This document shows, piece after piece, positions 57,501 through 64,000 of a stretch of 64,000 nucleotides of DNA. A model generated the notes under the pieces. It had not been told where the DNA came from. It saw only the letters and a list, made by a program, of their open reading frames with translations, and made no database searches. Each line of letters begins with the position of its first letter. Position 1 is the first letter of the stretch. A program made the translations under genes and the position numbers. Location: contig CM119264.1 of the NCBI GenBank assembly GCA_051294375.1, positions 30,880,091-30,944,090 on the forward strand. Reading direction: 5' to 3'. This stretch comes from Paraspadella gotoi (lineage: Eukaryota; Animalia; Chaetognatha).

Positions 57501-59232
57501 ACAAAAAAATATATAACATGTGAATAAAAAAAGATAAAATCTTAACAAAAAAGAAAAGAGAAACGAGATTTAAAAGGAAGAAAAAACAAACGGAGACAAT
57601 AAGAAACAGGATCAAAGCTTTTTTTCTTTGTTCACAGAATGAAAGAACTAATGACAAACGAATGGAAGTTTCGTTAAATTAAACTAATAAAATTAAGTTA
57701 ATATTGATATAGAAAAACATCGATTTGGGAAACAGTGCTAATTTTATTAAATTTTTATAAAATTTAGCACTGTTCCCAAATCGATGTTTTTCTATATAAA
57801 CTACTCGGTGCATGAGATGACACTTAACAAACAAGTTAAATATTATTATCAACAGGACATGAGGAACATATGAAGCATCGATTAGGTAAGTTTAACAAGA
57901 TATTTTTTAAATCTCAAAAACTAAAAAAATTCTAAAATTAAACTCGGAGAAAAGAAAAGTGACTAAGAGAAAGAAATTTAGGAGACTTGAATCGAGTATC
58001 TATCATCAAGGGTCTCTCTCTCTGTCTCCCTCCACACCACAACAACCCCCAACACTCCCTTAACATTCCATCCCTTAAACAAATTTAAATCCGTTCAAGA
58101 TTTGAAATGAGATGACGAGGTTCCAGTTTTGAGATAAAAAATCAGACGAATGATAAGAAACAGATGAATCATTGAGAATCAGACAATTTCTTTTAAAAAA
58201 TTCCTTAAGGGTATTCCATATTTATTTATATTTATTTTTATCTTAAATCGTCTTTTTAAATCTAATTCGCACACTGCAGTTAACTTCTCTGGCAAAAAAT
58301 AATAATCTCAAGTGTAGTCTTAATTTTGCCGTCAGTAGCAAAAAATTTAAATTAAATTTTGAACCACCGGGAAAAATAATAAAGAGTGCTTGATTGAAAA
58401 CTTATAGGGACCTGCGATGTTATTATAATAAATTGAATGCGTAATTTTCATATTGTTGTACCAATTTCGTACTAAACTTGGATTTTAGAAACTAGGATTT
58501 TTTAAATTCAAGGACTGAAGATTCGACACTCGAATCATCGGCGTCAAAAACTCAAAGAGGAAATTTTAAGACAAAAGATCGAATTTCTTATGTGACGTCA
58601 AACTCATTTGAATTTTGGCTTTTAAGGTTTTAGGGATAAATTTTCGATCCTAATTGACTTTGACCGGAACCTGAGGATTTTGGACCGAGAATGACCCCGA
58701 GTGGACCTTATCGGACACTAATGAACCTAAGTAGACTTGAGCCGACCTTGAACAGTGCGGCTATTCCTTTGTTTCGTAGTCAAAAAAAATAGTTGAAACT
58801 AAAGATTAAGGAAAAACAAATACTACAAGTTCTTTTCCAATTTTGTTTTTCGTTTTATATTTTTTCTGTGATAAAATAATAAACCGAAAACGAGCGAATT
58901 ATTTTCTTTCTTTTTTGTGAAAAGAGAAAAATATGATTTGAGATCGAAATTCATTGCGGTTTTTTTCCTATTCTTCCTTTTTCCATTCGGGTCAATTTTC
59001 ACACGAAGCGAAAAAAGATCACAACCCAATTTCTTCTTCCGTCGAGAGAAATTTTCTTAAGCCTTTTTTTTGGGGTGTTCACAATTATTATTATATTTTT
59101 GTTTTTCGTCATGAAAATAATTACGAGGCGTCTTGAAAATCTTTGTCTCTTTCAAATACATTTTTTTCCTCAGTTAAAAATTTTCAATTAACAATTTATC
59201 GTCGCTATTGTTTCATATCCGCTTTGGCCTCG

Positions 59233-59268
<36 letters not shown>

Positions 59269-61086
59269 TCCGGACATTTAGATCCATAATTCAATCGAAT
59301 TTCTAAGATCTTAAGATCGACGGCCAAGTTATAATTGATAAGCGTCGCCTTTGAAACGAAACATGAATGAGTCAAACCGACACAACATTTTTTTTCGGGA
59401 ACTTTATCTTCAAATTCGGTTTAATTTTAAGTGTTTTGGCTGATTCTTCTTCGAGTCTGTCCGTCTGTCCGTCTGCTCGTCAGTTCGTCGGTTCTAAGTG
59501 TCCGTCTCTCCGGTCCAGTAAGTTCCAAATCGACTTCCGATGGAAATGACAATAACAGATCTCATTTTCAATTTACTCTAGTTTCATTGTTCCAAAGTAG
59601 ATCACTACTCTCCACTCGCTCTCTCTGCTCTATCTCTCAACACTAAGTTTTCGTTTGACTGTTATTTATATTTTTTCCCCCCTTTTTATTATAAATACAG
59701 TAAATAAAAATGAAAAAACACAGAAAAATGGAAAAGAAAAAAAAAATAAAAGGACGTAAATTGACTCAAAGAATCAAGAAAGTAAAACCGATTATTCTCG
59801 AGATTAAGTCAGGGAAAGACAGAAGAGCGAGTCAAAGAGAGAGAGAGTCGAAGAACTTTAAACAAACGAGACTGGCGACAACTTTTTTTCTTCATTTTTT
59901 GCCCCAATTTCCTTTTTAAGGAAAAAAAAAGAAAACCCCGGGAGAGATCGAATTAAAAATAAAAAAAAGAAGAAAAAATATCTAAATCCGAAAAAAAAAA
60001 TGCTGTAAAAACTGAGCTTATCTCTGGAGGTCTTAAACAGCACGAAGCTACGACCTCCCTGAAGTCTTTCGATTATACCACCACTCTATCTCCCCCCCCA
60101 ATGCTCCTTATAGAAAGAGAGAGAGAGACACCGTGCCTTCTGGGCTGCGGGAGTTTCGCTCGTCCTTGAAAGAGGCCGTCGACTGGCGAGTCCCAAGGTC
60201 GCGTTGATCGTCAGGATGTTAAACCAGTTGGAAGAGACCATTTTTAAAAGACTAAGTTGTATCTATGTTAATTGTATTAATTTTAGTATTTCATCTCAGT
60301 ATATTTAAATATTAATTCAAATTGCAGACAGCCGGAGAAAGCTTTTGTTTAAAAACAATTATTTTAACGGATATATCGATTAAATCCCGATTAGGCGAGA
60401 ACAAAGTCAGGATACGTTTGAGAGAACAAGTTATGTATATATCTTAGTTCAGATTACAAGCAAACGAGAACAGTTTTTATTTAAATTCATTTTACAAGCT
60501 TGACACGAGATGAACAAACCGTCGTTTTAAAAACTATTTCAGGATTGTGGAATCGAGGTTGTAATTATTATCTCAAGACGTAAAAGGTTTTTTTAAATGT
60601 ACTTCTAAATGGCTGAGCTATGTATAAAAGATTCCATTGGCGATTAAAAAAACTTTATTTCAATTGCAAGGCCATGAATTGTTTATTGTTGACTGTCACC
60701 TGGATTAATTAATAACGGGCGACGACGACGACGACAATAAGAACAAGTAGACAACGAAATGGACAAAATAGTTACGATGATGCCGAAGAAGAAATGACGA
60801 CGACGAGGATTTTGTAATCGGTCGGTTGTCTTTTCAGTCGTTATCGTCGTCGTCATCGTCATCGTCTTTAAAAACAGTTTTTACGAGAGCAGACGATGTC
60901 GATTGTAAAGATGTTTTTAGTTTGTGATGGAACCGATGTGGATGGCAATGAATGGAAATAAGGCATGCACTCTTGATGTTAAATTTAAAAATTTTTTTAG
61001 GGCAAGAGTCAGCGTGGAAATATAATTTCTAATAGAAAAACAACTTTTTTCTTTCATAAAGTTAAAATAATTAATCATTGGGTTTT
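54505..61086 (-). repeat. Fold-back inverted duplication of 52974-54503 and 40605-45340; probable artefact
   Basis: Hairpin apex at ~54503-54522 (GGAAGGTAGGTGGTAGT..ACTACCACCTACCTTCC). 56400-61086 is the reverse complement of ~40605-45340. The arm ends at a 25-N gap. Confidence 0.9.
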
Positions 61087-61258
61087 NNNNNNNNNNNNNN
61101 NNNNNNNNNNNTTGACTTTGTCGTGCGGTTTATTTTAATTCTTTTTTTTTTGTGTGTGAAATCTTTCGCTGATAGATTCGCAACTAAATTTTATTTCGTT
61201 GCTATTTTGTTGTTTCTCATTTTTTTCCAATCCCCCGCCTGCCCTCTATCGTCCGCAG

Positions 61259-63344
61259 CCTGAAAGCTTTGAAAACAAATGGGGAGAACGATTGGAAGAA
61301 TCGAGTTTCTCCGCAGAGAAGTTTGAGTTCCTCGGAAGGCGGAGCCAGTGATTCGCTGAGAAACGTGAGTTTTTTTTTGGGAGGGGGGGGAAGAATGAGA
61401 TAGGAGAGAGGGAGGAAGAGGATAGGTGGAGGAAGAAGAGAGAAAAAAGATGAGAAAAGGAAACAAAGAAAAGTTAACTAAATAAATAAAATGAATAAAA
61501 ATATAAGGAAAGGAAGTGAAATAAAAATCGAGGGAAAACAATAATGGAAGGAGACCTTAATATAACAAAAAGATGAAAGGTAAGGGTTAACTTACCTCGG
61601 ATTCCGTTTTTCCTTCTTCCAGTCTCCCGGCGGAAGTCCAGCGCCTTCAGGCGGTCGACGACCCGTTTCACTCGCGGATCGACTCAACCTCCTTCAAGAG
61701 GCACAGACTGGTGAGGGGTGGAGATGATGATGATGATGATGATGGTCACGATGATGATGATGATGATGATGGTCACGATGATGATAGTGCGTGATGATTA
61801 TGACATAGCGATCATGATGACTTTAGGATAACTATGATGGCATGATAATAATAAGGCGACATATCGATGAAACTGACTTTCAAACGTTGATTTAACACTT
61901 TAATCTATAACACAGTTCTTATGAATTTGATGTTGGAAAAGATTTTATGTATTTTATCAGAGATCAAAATTAATTTCTTCTAAACTCACTTTTACCTCTG
62001 CCCTCCCTCGTACCTTTCACACTTCACATTCCCTTTCCCACCCACCCCCCCCTCTTTCTCACAGGCTGGAAATCCCGCGTCACGGAATCCGACGCCAAAG
62101 AATTCACAGTCGCAGGAAAACTGGAAAGAGCGGGAATCCAGGTGTCGCCCTTATCGCAGAGGAAACGCGCCATCGGAAGAGCATCGATGCGGCGTCAGGT
62201 GTGAAAGAGAATTGGGAGAGAAAGATGGGACGATTTCGGGCAATAGTTGTGAGGATGTTAGGACGCATTAGAAAATGCCATTGGGAGAGCATCGATGCGG
62301 CGTCAGGTTAGGTGGAGGAGTTGCAAAAAGAGTTTGGGGCAGGGTAGCTCATATTAGAGTATTCATGTGTTGGAGGGATGTTGCAATGCATTAAAGAAAT
62401 GGGGCTAGGTGTCGGTATTGATGCATTATGGCGATGTCTTGATTTAAGGTGTGATACGTTCATGCGATTTGTTGGATGTTGTGATACATTTTATTATATT
62501 TTATTATTACACATTACTTGACCGTATTTAAAATGATGCTCCGTAACATTTTCAAAGCGGATTATTTATATGGTTGAAAAGAGGTTGTTTAATTTTGTTA
62601 CCGTTTGTCTGGTAAATGAGAACTTAAACTAAACGGTTAGATCTTATTCATTCAATCAGATATTTTATTTCATATAAAACTGTTAAAATTAACTCGCTTC
62701 GTAACATAAAAACTTTGTTTTAAAAGGCGACAGAGAACCATTAAGTTTTGTTTTCAAATATTATTTCCCCATAATATTATCGGGTTTTAATTCCGTTTTA
62801 GAAAACCTGTCCAGAGGGATCCCTTTCCGCTATCCTAGTAAGAATCCATTCTCGCCAAATTCTGACCCCTTTAATGTTCTTTGTCCCTTTCAATGTCCTT
62901 TGTCCTTTTCATTGTTTTTTTTGCCCCTTGGTGATTCGAACCCCAAAAAATATTTGTGTGATTCTTTTTAAGTGAGAGGGGAAAAAATGAAAGACTTAGT
63001 TTTATTTTTTTCTTTCCACAAAAATTCCTCGGTGTTTGGTTTCTTAATAACTTTTGTCCCCCAGTTTGCAAAAAAAAATCAAAACAAAACAAGCGTACAA
63101 TATTTATATTTTTTCATCAGTTGACTGTTTTTTGTATAAAATAAAATAATAATAAATGTCTTTTGTTTTTTTTTTCTTTCAGCATCAAGGGATGACCGAC
63201 AGCAGCGGCACCGACGACGGAGACAAAGAAAACGACACCAAAGATGAAACAAAAGATCTCGGGTTCGAATCTCGGCCGAGATCATCGACTGAAGGGCAAT
63301 TGGGAGCGAGAGAGAGAGACGAGGAGGAATTCTCCCTCTCTGAC

Positions 63345-63410
<66 letters not shown>

Positions 63411-64000
63411 GAACTCGTTCTCTATACTTTTCTTTCATTCATTCATTCTTTGATTGATTCAGTCATAGTTTAGTTCTTTCAATTATTCTTTCAATTATTC
63501 ATCCATTCAGGGATTAATTCATTTAGTTATCTGTTGCTTCATTCATTCAATCATTTATTCATTCAGTGTCTAATTAATTTATTCATTCATTTATTTTATC
63601 ATGGTCATCAACCATTTTTGCATTTATTCATTTAACAATGTACTCATTCATTTATTCACTAATTCTCGCAACAGAAAAAGAGCGTAGCGAAGGAGGTGCC
63701 ACGTCTTGCGAAGAGAATTTGCTGGAGACGCCGAAGAGAGTGACAGAGAAGTCACAGAGCGTGACAGAGACGAAAAAAGGCGTGGCTCTTTTGAAGACGG
63801 ACGACGACGATTTTCAGGTGCCAAATCAAATCAAAATCTTTAAATAAATAATTATGATACTAATGTTAATATTAACAATATTATGATATTAATTAATATT
63901 AATATCTCCGCCTCCTTCCTCCTTTGATATTAATAATCGATGTTCTTTTGTCTCCTTCAGGCCTTTTTTCGATCCACGTCATCGATCACAGTCAAAACTA
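61259..64000 (+). CDS. SVIL: Supervillin-like exons continuing past the window end
   Basis: 61259-61364, 61623-61710 (ADRLNLLQEAQT), 62065-62198 (GWKSRVTESDAKEFTVAGKL, cf. SVIL DSTQFTVAGRM), 63183-63345, 63675-63817 and 63961-end; all GT-AG. Confidence 0.82.

Overview
Eukaryotic (metazoan invertebrate-like) draft sequence: AT-rich introns, GC-richer GT-AG exons, abundant (GA/CT)n and (GAC)n microsatellites and minisatellites. Most of the window is one very long + strand multi-exon gene that I recognise from memory as supervillin-like (motifs RSMTTPVTPEEV, LPLAEKMKLW, RTLTQ|PVTTEEL, RR|YQTQ, IQDR|LKALKTNGENDWKNR, IADRLNLLQEAQT|GWKSRVTESDAxEFTVAGKL, RNPLKTLA, PYNEVMxIQ|xGRRCV). A complete 8-exon PC-esterase (PCED1/FAM113-like) gene is nested antisense in one of its introns (30490-36052). 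About 17 kb is inverted fold-back duplication (approx. 3940-6511, 8250-8531, 45350-52948, 54505-61086). Each arm ends at an exactly 25-N gap, which points to chimeric amplified long reads used for gap extension rather than biology. The most striking signal that looks real is that about ten splice junctions of both genes are themselves tandemly duplicated (exon edge plus GT or AG site, 2-12 copies, decaying into the intron). Introns also carry a tRNA(CAT)-headed SINE-like family, including one member inside terminal inverted repeats and packed with hairpins, degenerate minimal hammerhead-like motifs, and a DINE-1/Helentron-like element. All homology statements are from memory; no searches were run.
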